This document shows, in pieces, positions 17,067 through 29,559 of a stretch of 64,000 bases of DNA. A model generated the notes under the pieces. The model was given only the letters and a program-made list of their open reading frames with translations, was not told the origin of the DNA and searched no databases. Origin of the DNA: Eledone cirrhosa. Taxonomy: Eukaryota. How positions within the stretch are numbered: position 1 is the first letter of the stretch; the number at the start of each line of letters is the position of its first letter. Location of the stretch: assembly GCA_964016885.1 (NCBI GenBank), contig OZ024746.1:56978001-57042000 (forward strand), given 5' to 3'. The position numbers and the translations under genes were made by a program.

Positions 17067-18386
17067 ACATATATACACATACATACATACACATATATAC
17101 ACACATATATATACACATACACACACACACACACACACAGACACACATACACACTCACATATACATATATATATATATATGTGTATGTGAGTGTGCGCAA
17201 ATACATATATATATACACACACACATACAAACACACACAAACACATACATATGCATATATGCACACACACACACATATATCACATAGATACGAAGATAAA
17301 CATATAAATAGAGAGACATACGAATATATACAGAACCCATATACACATACATACAACCACGCATATACATATATATATACATATATACACATATATATAT
17401 TCCTATATACAAGCATACACATACATACACATATATACATATACATACACATATACATACCACACATTCACATACACATACATATATAATACATATATAT
17501 ACATATATATACATACATATGTATGTACAATCATATATACACACTCAATCTTACATTCATATTTACATGCTCATATATGTATTTTTATATTTAGAAATAA
17601 ATACCAAAACCTATATAGACACCCACCTACACATATATTCATACATATACTCTTACAAAAACAGATGATAATAGTATGGGGGAAAGGGGGGGTTTGGAGA
17701 AGGGGATCAAAGTAAATATATGTTTCAAGAAACATATATTTACTTTGATCCCCTTCTCCAAACCCCCCCTTTCCCCCATACTATTATCATCTGTTTTTGT
17801 AAGAGTATATGTATGAATATATGTGTAGGTGGGTGTCTATATAGGTTTTGGTATTTATTTCTAAATATAAAAATACATATATGAGCATGTAAATATGAAT
17901 GTAAGATTGAGTGTGTATATATGATTGTACATACATATGTATGTATATATATGTATATATATGTATTATATATGTATGTGTATGTGAATGTGTGGTATGT
18001 ATATGTGTATGTATATGTATATATGTGTATGTATGTGTATGCTTGTATATAGGAATATATATATGTGTATATATGTATATATATATGTATATGCGTGGTT
18101 GTATGTATGTGTATATGGGTTCTGTATATATTCGTATGTCTCTCTATTTATATGTTTATCTTCGTATCTATGTGATATATGTGTGTGTGTGTGCATATAT
18201 GCATATGTATGTGTTTGTGTGTGTTTGTATGTGTGTGTGTATATATATATGTATTTGCGCACACTCACATACACATATATATATATATGTATATGTGAGT
18301 GTGTATGTGTGTCTGTGTGTGTGTGTGTGTGTGTATGTGTATATATATGTGTGTATATATGTGTATGTATGTATGTGTATATATGT

Positions 18387-18422
<36 letters not shown>

Positions 18423-18682
18423 ATATGGGTATCTATGTGTGAATATATGTCTTTATTCGTATGTGTGTATTTATGTATGTATATGTTTAGGTGTATGTAT
18501 GTATGTGTATGTATGTGTGTGTATATATATATGTATATGTATATATGTATATGTGTGTATATATGTATATATATATATATATATATTATTCTTTATTATT
18601 ATTGTAATATAACTTATGTGTATATGTGTATAAGTGAGGTTGTGTATGTATATATACTATGTGTATATATAAGAGTAATGAA

Positions 18683-18713
<31 letters not shown>

Positions 18714-18803
18714 CATGTCTGTTTTTTATGTGTGTGTATATATATATGTGTATGTGTATATATGTGTATATATATATATATATATGTGTACGTGTGTGTA
18801 TGT

Positions 18804-18839
<36 letters not shown>

Positions 18840-18897
18840 GTGGGTGTTTGTATGTATATTTATGGTGGTATGAGTGTGGGGATATATATGTTTGTAT

Positions 18898-18929
<32 letters not shown>

Positions 18930-18956
18930 GAGTCTATGTGTGTGTGTATATATATG

Positions 18957-18995
<39 letters not shown>

Positions 18996-19966
18996 ATGTG
19001 TGTATGTGTTGCGCGTGAGTGTGTGTGCATTTATATCTTTTTATATGTGTATGTGTATGTTCGTGTAAATGTATGTGTGTGTATGACAGTATAGGTATGT
19101 GTGTATGTATGTATGTGTAGATATCTCTATGTGCGCGTACATGTATGTATGTGTATGTATATCTGTATGTGTATGTACATTTATTATATTTTATTGTTTT
19201 TATTTTTATTTTTTTATTTTTTTATTTTTCTTAATTTATAGATACATTTATTTTAGGCTGTCTGGTCTGACAATCTAATACTGACCCCTCCCCCCCCTCC
19301 CACCTAATTTCTGTATCTTGATCTTGAAATGTGTGTACCAGTGTTTTTATGTGAGTGACTTAATTTCTATTTGCTTATGATTTTATATCCACATATATAA
19401 ATGTGAGTGGGGGAGTGTGTGTGTTTGTATGTTCGTGGTTATGTGTATATTTATGCATATACGCACATGTATGTGTGATTATACTGATATGTGTGAGTAT
19501 GAAAAAAATATATTTATATGCTTGACTCCATAAGTATCTTTGCGTATCTTATCAGCGCATTAAGCTTACAGAGATATTAACCTTGAAATTTTGTGTTTAC
19601 ATCCATCTTTTTAGTATACACATACAAATTATACACACATTATTGTAAAATATGTGTAAGGTTTTTGCATGTATATACACACACCAAACTGCTTTTAACC
19701 CTTTGTGTTTTCATTGGTCAATTTTGAACTGACATTTTGAATTGTTGTTATTATCAATAAATATACTTCATTATTTCTGAAGACGGCGTATATATGAGTT
19801 AGGTATGTATATTTAATCTTGATAATTTGTATAATTTTGTATAATTTTGTACATAGATCTGTTAAATATGCATACCAATTATAACACATATATGCCCTAG
19901 AAACGATCGTTAAATAGTGAACTTTTTTTGTTTAATATAAGGAATTGTTTGTTCATTATTTGTTTA

Positions 19967-19974
<8 letters not shown>
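15343..19974. repeat. ~4.5 kb near-perfect palindrome (arms 15478-17726 / 17729-19974) with Penelope-like termini
   Basis: Centre is tatatgtttc-aa-gaaacatata. Identical mirrored ORFs appear in the track (15564+/19695-, 17181+/17966-). The left arm carries an extra ~135 nt tail (15343-15478). Confidence 0.95.
19767..19921 (+). ncRNA. Type I hammerhead candidate with ~115 nt helix II (family B)
   Basis: uucauuauuu CUGAAGA ... GAAA CGAUCG UU aaauagugaa, with a 10 bp stem I. Mirror copy at ~15532-15686 (-). Confidence 0.6.
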
Positions 19975-20003
<29 letters not shown>

Positions 20004-20306
20004 CAAACAGAATATTTTGAAAATTTGGACTGTGAACAACATTTAAAATTGAGTGGCTGCTATTTTCAGTATAAGATTGCACTTACCAACGAAACGGTCG
20101 TAAATACCTGGATAAAATCATTCTCTTAATGCATACCTGTGTATTCTCTTTTATACTTTATACTCCAAGATTGAAAGGAATTTTACAAACTTGCGGAGTT
20201 AGCCCTAACTGTACGTTGAAACCATCCATGAAATTGGCTTTCTTAACCAAGAAGTGGATCACAATTAGCATTTTTTTGCTTCTCTAACTATATATATATA
20301 TAATGT

Positions 20307-20388
<82 letters not shown>

Positions 20389-20399
20389 ACATTAAAATA

Positions 20400-20476
20400 A
20401 TAAACAAATAACCGACACAGAGGCGGTCTGTTGTACATTGAGACTTCAGTAGTGGGCGTTTATACTGAATACTGCT

Positions 20477-20512
<36 letters not shown>

Positions 20513-21895
20513 TATTAAGGATACTAAATACGGTTATGTATATACTAAAACTTTTTATAGTTATATATATTTTCAACCCTAAACAGTGAAGCTCAGTAGT
20601 TAATTACTACCTTATTACCAGTAAGATAACTAGCTCAATGTAATAACATCAGTTGTTCTATAGAGCAGTTATATAGAATTCACAAGAATCAAAGCTATGT
20701 TCAAAGCATTAATTAACTTACAATTGTTTCATCCAAACCTAGGTTTGGCATCTTCGGACCATTTTTCAATGTTTGTACACATGATTGACCTCCTTTCCAG
20801 CACCAGAGACATACAGATACATATGTATATATTGATGTACAGTGGGGTGACATATATTATATTATATTACTTCCGTATAGCAATTCAAATTTAAATTCAA
20901 TGTCAAGATCAATATCAAAATTAAAACAAAATTAAAATGAAAACAAAATTAAAATACATTCGGCAGTTAACATAGATAATGCAAGAGGATAGTTTGTTAG
21001 TCAGATGTAGTAGTTATTGTATGTGTTAGTTATGTGTGTCTCATTTATATATGATTATTATGTGGCAGGGTGTTACATGTAATACAAGCACTTTACGTAT
21101 TATGGAGGTTGCAGTGGTAAGGTATTTTTTGTATACGATAAAACAGTATGTGCGCAGAAAAATAGAAATAGAAAGGAGAAGCAAAAGAGAGTTATGGTTT
21201 TCGTATCCACCACCATTTTCACATTCAGGTAATGTAATATATAGTTTATACATCCATCACATAATTAACGATGATTCCGTATTGGATGTTTGATGCATTA
21301 AATTAAATTAGTTTAGCTTATTGCGGCTCAGTGTTCTTTAATCTAATTTTATAGGGTAGGTTGTTTCCGTAGCGAGAATTTACATCGGTTTATTATCCGG
21401 AAGTATGTGTGTAATTAAGGGGGGTTAATGCGTAAGGGGAGGTAACTAGCTGATTTCCATAACTAAATTATTGTTCTAACATACATTATAAGGTGTCTCA
21501 ATTGAGTCCCTTCTATAGATGGTTATATATTTATATCCAGTTTCCAATTTTGTTTTAATTTTAATTTTGTTTTAATTTTGATATTGATCTTGACATTGAA
21601 TATAAATTTGAATTGCTAATAATATGATATATGTCACCCCACTATACATCAATACATACATATGTATCTGTATGTCTCTTGCTTTGGAAAGGAGGTGAAT
21701 CATGTGTACGAACATTGAAAAATGGTCCGAAGAATCCAAGCCTAGGTTTGGATGAAACAATTGTAAGTTAATAAATGCTTTGAACATAGCTTTGATTCTT
21801 GTGAATTCTATATATATACATACATACATATATATATACATACATATATATATATATGTATATATAAATAATCTTGCTAAACAAATTCAGAAACG

Positions 21896-21941
<46 letters not shown>

Positions 21942-22000
21942 CGCCTACCACTGAAGTCTCAATGTACAACAGACCGCCTCTGTGTCAGTTAATTGTTTAT
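20400..22000. mobile_element. Fold-back repeat (20403-20462 / 21940-22000 and 20671-20950 / 21548-21812), probably non-coding Penelope-derived
   Basis: Mirrored ORFs 20697+ / 21572-. The arms carry CCGAAGA..GAAACAAUUGUA. The spacer shares ggggaggtaact with the 3' region of the Penelope-like element at ~55640. Confidence 0.65.
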
Positions 22001-22211
22001 GTCTTTAATGTAATCAAATAATTGATACATTAAACTTTTATGTAAATCATTCCCTAAGACGTTAAAATAAGTCGTGTAACACGCGAAAACGTATGCATTT
22101 TCATTGAAATATTTCCGCACCAACCTCAAGATAGCAGATCTACTGTGGATGATAGGCAAAACATTGAGTGCCTCGGATATTGTATCATTATTTCCAATTC
22201 GGAATTGGTGG

Positions 22212-22392
22212 ATTGGCAGTATCGGTAGAGGGTCGGACGCCATTCTTTGAATCATAGAGTTACGGCACTTGCCATTCTGAGTTCAAATCCCGCCGAGGTT
22301 AACTTTGCCTTTCATCCTTACGGGGTCGATAAAATAAAGTACCAATAATGCACTGGGTAATTGGTGGCCTTGTGCCAAAAGGAGAAACGATT
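22212..22392 (+). mobile_element. tRNA-derived SINE
   Basis: ggcagtatcggtagag..gagttcaaatcccgccgaggttaactttgcctttcatccttacggggtcgataaaataaagtacca, multicopy in this window. Confidence 0.8.
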
Positions 22393-22470
22393 ATTTCCTA
22401 TTTGGAATGACTAGATCTACCCTCGAGTTAAACCATCCAAGATATATTTATATATTTATATATGTATATG

Positions 22471-22536
<66 letters not shown>

Positions 22537-22701
22537 TATATATAGCCTAATCTAAGCAATGTAACCGTTGACCCATTCATTTGAAGAACTTTTCAGGTTA
22601 CTAAGTGGGCTGTATCACGCCCTAAACAAAATATAGCTTATCGTTTCTTTCCTCAAACGTTTTCGCTAAATCTAGCAGTTAGTGTAAACTTTTTATATGT
22701 G

Positions 22702-22740
<39 letters not shown>

Positions 22741-23626
22741 TGTGTGTGTGGGGAGAGTGAAGGCTATATATTGTTTTACATGTCCATCATAAAATCATAG
22801 AACCGACTGAAATATTGGCAGATCACTATTGTCTATTGCAAGTATATATCGACTCGCAGTTTGTGGCCTAAAAACGATCCAGATTTATTGATTAATTTCC
22901 ATACAAGTACCTATCTATCTGCTAGCATCATAAGGTTATTTCTGCTTTAGCTTTAAAACTACTTCCCGAGAAGCGATAGCTGTATTATAATGAAATGGAA
23001 GTGTTTAGAATTTTCATGACAATTTGATGTTTGCGGAATCATGTTACCGAGAGTAGAATTTATGGAGACGGTTCCTCGACTAGAAAACCAATCCATCAAT
23101 GACAATGAGACTCCTCTTTTAATACTGTTGCTATCTCACAAACGTAGTTTATAGATTTTTATACAAATAGTAAATGGAAATGTTATTGTAATGGAGGACG
23201 GGAGAGAGAAGGACGAACATAGATTGAGGAAGATAGATACATAGATTGATAGAGACGGAGAGCTGAACAGTGATACTATCTTGTTTATGTATCGGTCGTT
23301 GTGAATATAGAATTTATCTCTGTGTGTTTGCCTCAGTGATTGTGTGTGAGTACGTTAGCATGAAAGCAAAACCGGCTTTTTAATTTATGTGCCAGTCCTG
23401 GATACACAATCTCGAATAGCCAAAGCAAATTTTCACTTCGTAGGGTGAATATAATAGGTAATAATTCATAGCTACAGAAACAGCTAGACATAACATTCTT
23501 AGAGATAAGTACTAGGATCCATTCTGATACATTTATAAATACATAGATGCATACATATACACGAATATACGTAGTCAAATACACATTCACACGCACAAAC
23601 ACACGTATATATATATATGAATGTAT

Positions 23627-23706
<80 letters not shown>

Positions 23707-23725
23707 CATGTATATATATATATAT

Positions 23726-23761
<36 letters not shown>

Positions 23762-23775
23762 TTATATGTATATTT

Positions 23776-23867
<92 letters not shown>

Positions 23868-24021
23868 GAAACACACAGATACATGCGGACACACACATAT
23901 ATACATGAATGCATCCGCACCCAACTGTGAGTTAAGGGTGCCAACTTCACCGATGCTGCTCAATGAATGACTGGGACAGACCAATTCAGTTGAACTAGAC
24001 TGAACCAGTATCAGAGTTAAA

Positions 24022-24238
24022 AATACATTATGAAGAGAGAAGAAACATTTAGATATAATTAGTAATAAAATGTATCATACCTAAACTGCTCCTAAATTCC
24101 TCGACTACGTAGTTTCGTGGCATAAACAAAAACAATATATCATAAAGATATAGAGTCCTTGCGAGGTCTGCCGACTTATCAAGAGGATACCTCATTTTAC
24201 TAGTCTCAAGAACGCGTCTACACGACGTGAGAAAGAAT
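24022..24238. repeat. ~215 bp dispersed repeat, second copy at 52050-52266
   Basis: Near-identical copies. Both lie upstream of the shared motif ttattggcaacatgaccctcccaaagtataacaatat (24580, 52517), whose reverse-complement homologue ends the Penelope-like element at ~61370. Confidence 0.9.
24098..24187 (-). ncRNA. Type I hammerhead candidate, U3-A8 compensatory variant
   Basis: uccuc UUGAUAA gucggca..ugccac GAAA CUACGUAG UC gagga. 5 bp stem I and a GUC cleavage triplet. Confidence 0.7.
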
Positions 24239-24320
24239 CCCAAAAGGCGGAGGGGGAGATAGTCACGCGATATAACGGTCGAGAAACAGAGCTAAGCCTC
24301 TTATAACCACGAAGAAAATA

Positions 24321-24366
<46 letters not shown>

Positions 24367-24608
24367 ATAATGATAATGATAATGATATATAACGATAATG
24401 AGGGACAGAAACCGCTGGAGAGAACTCGTCCATGGATCTCGAGAATTTTACCCTCCTTAGATAGATATATATGTAGATATATGTACAAATGTGTATTTAT
24501 ATATGTATGTGTGTATCTATCTATGTATCTCTCTATATATTTATATACATGTATATATATATTTCGTTTCTGAATTTGTTTATTGGCAACATGACCCTCC
24601 CAAAGTAT

Positions 24609-24673
<65 letters not shown>

Positions 24674-25246
24674 CATTCATGCATCTGCACATATTTACAT
24701 ACGTGCATGTATACATCCATATACGTAAACATATGCACTAAAAAGCTCATGGAATATACTTTCAGAATCGTTATAACGTCAGAGGAAATGCTTGGTATAA
24801 GTACAACCGAAGTGTACGCTTTGAGTTCGAATACCGCCGATGTCAACTTTCATTTTCCTCATTTTAATACCGACAGCAAAAATACCAACAAAGCATGGTG
24901 GCCTTTTATTCCACTATATCCTTTTTCATATTCTCCACCTATCTATCTTTGTTTCTACCTACACTCAATCAAATCTTTCTTTCATATTCTCCATCTTATT
25001 TGCTCTAACACCCTGTTTTTCTGAAATAAATAAGAAGTTATGCTTAGGGCCCATAGATGGATACAAATCCATCCAAACAAACAAATATGTAGCAACACAT
25101 ACAGGCATATATAAAAAATTGCATCGCAGCTAAATTGTGTGCTGAAATCTTCGTTTGGTCCCACAAGGCGACGATTCAAAAGAATCACTTGACAAGGTAG
25201 ACAAAGACATCCGTAAGGATTTCGCTACCAAAAATTGTGAGGAAGA

Positions 25247-25278
<32 letters not shown>

Positions 25279-25356
25279 ACGAAGGAATTGTGGTAAGGAA
25301 CCAGATGGACCATAACGCTCCAGATTAGTCAATACTTAGAGTAGTAGAATGGATAA

Positions 25357-25480
25357 TAGGAAAAAGTATGACCCTGACGGCAGAGCTCAAGCAGTCTCGA
25401 CGGCTATTTCTGGACTCAATAGTCCAGAAATAGCCGTCGAAACAGCTTGAGCTCTGCCGTCGGCGTCATACGTTTTCCTA
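25357..25480. repeat. ~120 bp GC-rich hairpin (~60 bp arms, caat loop)
   Basis: taggaaaa..gacggcagagctcaagc..ctggact-caat-agtccag..gcttgagctctgccgtc..ttttccta. Confidence 0.9.
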
Positions 25481-25916
25481 TATATATATATATATATATC
25501 CAATGCAGAAAGGTAACTCACGAGTTGTTATATATAGAAAACAAATAGTAGAAAGAGAAAAGTTTTTTTTTGTAGAAAATGTTTTTGGTGTAATTTCAAA
25601 ACATTAATTTATTTACAATACAAAGCGATTAGCAGAGAAAGATGTACTCACAAAATGACTTTCTTCTCTGAAGGACTACGTATGTGGAAATTAACTTTTC
25701 TTCCACTCTCTATATATTTTTGTTCTCTTTTTTTCTGTTAATATCATTATTTTTCACTATTTGTACAAATATGCAACTTAAAAATATTCTGCATATCCGC
25801 AACTGAAAATGCATTTAATGGTGAAACCGGTATTGTAAATAAATTAATGATTTGAATCTTCACCAACAATATCTCTTCAACATTTTCTCCAGAAAAAAAA
25901 CAACAACTTTACTCTT

Positions 25917-25984
<68 letters not shown>

Positions 25985-25989
<5 letters not shown>

Positions 25990-26615
25990 CAATATGTTGA
26001 AAAGGTAACACACTAGAGAGAGATACTGCGCCATTAATAAAACAGGCATAAGCCACCAGTGTATGGAATCTATAACTTATGAAAGGCAGGGTAGACACAC
26101 GATAATTAGAAATATAAATTAAAGTGTAAATACATACCTATATAACTATATAACACGCACGTACAACTCCAAAGAGATTTGTCTCGCCAATAAGTTGTTG
26201 AGAGAAATGAAATAGCCCATGGTTCATCAGCGTGTGTATGGCTATACATTTCAGACAACTCTAAGACAATTTAAAGCGACTGTCCAGTTATATGTGGGGA
26301 GAGTAGTCACAGCGTGTGTAGGGCAGTGAACCAATGGCATCTGAGGGATGAGCTGCTATAAAAGGGAACCCAAAACCACTCAGAGAAGTGTGCTCAACCA
26401 AACAGAGAGAGAGAGAGGAAAGACTGTTATAAGGAGCGAAACATCACGATAAATTAACGCAGCCATAGACTCTTGCTATTCCTTGTCAATAATGTGCTCA
26501 AAAGAGAAAAATCCTGAGCTGTTTAAAATACAATATGTTGAAAAGGTAACACAGTAGAGAGAGATAGTGCGCCATCAATAAAAGACGGAAAAAACCACCT
26601 GTGTATGGAATCTAC
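25985..26615 (-). mobile_element. Small element with ~90 bp direct repeats (25985-26072 / 26526-26613) and an internal decayed hammerhead (26153-26238)
   Basis: Direct repeat aaatacaatatgttgaaaaggtaacaca..gtgtatggaatcta. Minus strand reads cacacg CUGAUGA..GAGA caaaucuc-uuug-gaguug UA cgug. Confidence 0.5.
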
Positions 26616-26652
26616 TGGTGGTAGCGAAAGTCTATGGCTCCCGTTAATTTAT

Positions 26653-26764
<112 letters not shown>

Positions 26765-26782
26765 TATACATATATATATACA

Positions 26783-27155
26783 TAATATAAGATCAAAAGA
26801 TGGTTAAAGGAGTTCCATGTATTTTATTATGCGCATTTCAAAAACAAACATCATCATGCAATAATATTTGTGTTTTCATCAGATAAAACAGGAGAACATA
26901 TGTTGATTTAAAACTGCACTATCCACAAGTGTTTTTTAGCCTTCATATCATGTTCTCCTGTTTTATCTGATGAAAACACAAATATTATTGCATGATGATG
27001 TTTGTTTTTGAAATGCGCATAATAAAATACATGGAACTCCTTTAACCATCTTTTGATCTTATATTATGTATACTCCAGTCCTACAAACTGTAGAGTGCTT
27101 CTTATCCGATATCTGCATTGCTTTATTGTACTACAATAAAACTCACCTCTTACAT
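26783..27155 (+). mobile_element. Mini fold-back of the family A Penelope-like terminus
   Basis: Arms 26783-26898 / 26951-27066, plus a tail to 27155 matching 9343-9430 (rc) and 51940-52030. Confidence 0.85.
26959..27029 (+). ncRNA. Type I hammerhead candidate (family A), intact core; mirror copy 26820-26890 (-)
   Basis: uguuuuau CUGAUGA aaacacaaauauuauu-gcau-gaugauguuuguuuuu GAAA UGCGCA UA auaaaaua. Confidence 0.8.
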
Positions 27156-27324
27156 TATATATATACATATATATATACATATATATACATATATATATAC
27201 ATATATATATACATATATATACACACACACCCACACACCCACACACACATACACACACATATATATATATATACACATATATATTTAAATATATATACAT
27301 AAATATATATATATATATAAACAT

Positions 27325-27580
27325 GGTGAAGTCAGGTGGTTGAGTGGTTAGAGAGTTGGTTTCGCAATCGCGAGGTAGTGAGTTCGGTTCCAAGACTATG
27401 TCATACGTTATGTCCTTGAGCAAGACACTTTACGTTGTTCCTTCTGCCCAGAGTTGCGACCGACAGATAGAATTATCAATTGGTAAGACCAATGGAAACA
27501 GTGTTTCCTCGGTCCACTTTGACGAGTTCCACCCAACTCGTTAAGCGAATGACATATTGAATCATGTCATATCGATTATC
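27325..27580 (+). mobile_element. tRNA-derived SINE (CORE-like)
   Basis: ggttgagtggttagag..gagttcggttcc..tgtccttgagcaagacacttt. Tail shared with ~5790-5835 and ~6960-7000. Confidence 0.65.
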
Positions 27581-27699
27581 GATATATATACATGTCTCTT
27601 TGAAATTTACCCCAGTTTTATTCTATTTTAACAGTGAATATAGCTCATTCTTTATGCTTAAATTGTGGGTAACAGCCCAAGAAGAAGATTATATATGGC

Positions 27700-28110
27700 T
27701 CTGATTTTTCGCAAATCGGTGGGCCTCTATCTTCCAAGTGTCTCGAATATAATCTAATGCTTTCCTGTAGTCCACCCAAACAGTAACAATATTAACGCAC
27801 CTCTGACATCGGGGTTTTGTTAATTAGTTGTTCATCGCAGCCCAAAAATCCATCTTCCCAGCTGCTTGCTCATTAGTGGTCATATTATTTCACCATGATC
27901 TTGAAGAAATAGGTTCAGGCAGGCTCTATACATTTTAGACATTAGGTTCCGGATGCAATTAAGTCGGTAGATTTAAGTGGGTTTCTTTGTTCTTGGGGAC
28001 CAATATTGTTTGTGCGAATGTCAACCACCCTGGTATTTGTGCGTCTCTCTTGAGATTTGCTGGTAGATGCTGATAAGATACATCAGATAGAATGTAATAT
28101 TATTTTACCA
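27700..28110 (-). pseudogene. Old R4/Dong-like RT fragment (different family from the 30-47 kb copies)
   Basis: Hand translation across frameshifts gives IPGWLTFAQTILVPK, NEQAAGK and VWVDYRKALD, colinear with VPDWLTKGTTVLIMK, DEQKGCRK and WIDYRKAFD of the 43919 ORF. Confidence 0.6.
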
Positions 28111-28344
28111 GTTCATAAAATAAGGTCTAACATTAATGCACTGGGATAATTGTTGGCCTTGTGGCAAAAGTAGAAACAATTATTATCACTATCTCAAGGG
28201 TATCATCTTTGATGCTACATGATTTGTTGTATTTTAGGGGCATTAGTTCTTTTGGATCGCTTTCAGCCACACTGCATCTTGGTATTATCTATTCTCTTCC
28301 CATACGTTTTCCAGAAGGCGCCTGTCTTTCAGGGATGGTGCTTA

Positions 28345-28424
<80 letters not shown>

Positions 28425-28437
28425 ACGCACACACACA

Positions 28438-28500
<63 letters not shown>

Positions 28501-29165
28501 TAACGATATTTTACAAAAAGAACGTATTTCCATTACTGAAGTGGAGAAGTGTATATAAATATATAAATTTCTTTTAGTACCTTGTAAATTTACAAGCAAA
28601 ATATATTAACATAAAAAGTAAAATAAAAATAAGTGAATAAATGAATAAATATCGGATCTAAATCATTATATTTCTGTTATTTTATTTTATCACTGGCCTA
28701 GATCAGGTGAATTATTTTATATTTCAATTTCCCCGCCGCTGTAAATGATATATAAAATACGAGAACCAATTTACTTAAAGCTATTTACACTGAAGACATT
28801 CCCTTCTAAGTTTTCTAACTTCCGCCAAAGGCAAGTAGTTTATCCATTTTCTCCACCAATGAGTTACTTAAAATGAATGCTATTCTGAGAGAGAATGATT
28901 CTTAGTCCCGAAGCTATAAAAGGTTAAATTTGGAAATTTCAGGTAAAATAAATTTTTTTTCACTATATAGAGAATACTCGCCAGCTAATAAAGGCAGTAG
29001 CGCATATATATATATTTATATATAATTTTGATTTTTGTTGTTGGACATACACTAGTGTTTAGTTCAATATAAATCAATTTAATACAACAAAATAGATTTT
29101 GGTAGATTTTTTTTTGTATATGAAATTCTCACCTACCAAAGGACATAAGAAAGACATATAAATAA

Positions 29166-29227
<62 letters not shown>

Positions 29228-29559
29228 AGAATATTTACCACCGAGTGGTTTGTATACACTTTTGTAGACAGGTTGAAATCTTTAACGAAACCACTAAGCT
29301 CATAACGGAACCTATATATAGCTGGGAGTACGCAATTAATCATAGTCAAAATACAATCTTCGCTGTGCAGGACTGCATTTATATAGGGGAATTCTACCTT
29401 GATTGAGAATAGTAAAAGTAGACAAATAGAAAATGTGACCGTCGCCGAATCACTTGCTCCCATCTCACATAGAAAAGTGGTTGTTTTTCAGTGAGATAGA
29501 TTTAACGAATTTCATGACAAATCTGAAGAATCAGATCCACGGAATCTTGTTGAGGAAAC

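Noticed and set aside
22212-22290. tRNA gene
   Set aside because: Only A/B-box-like SINE heads; no cloverleaf.
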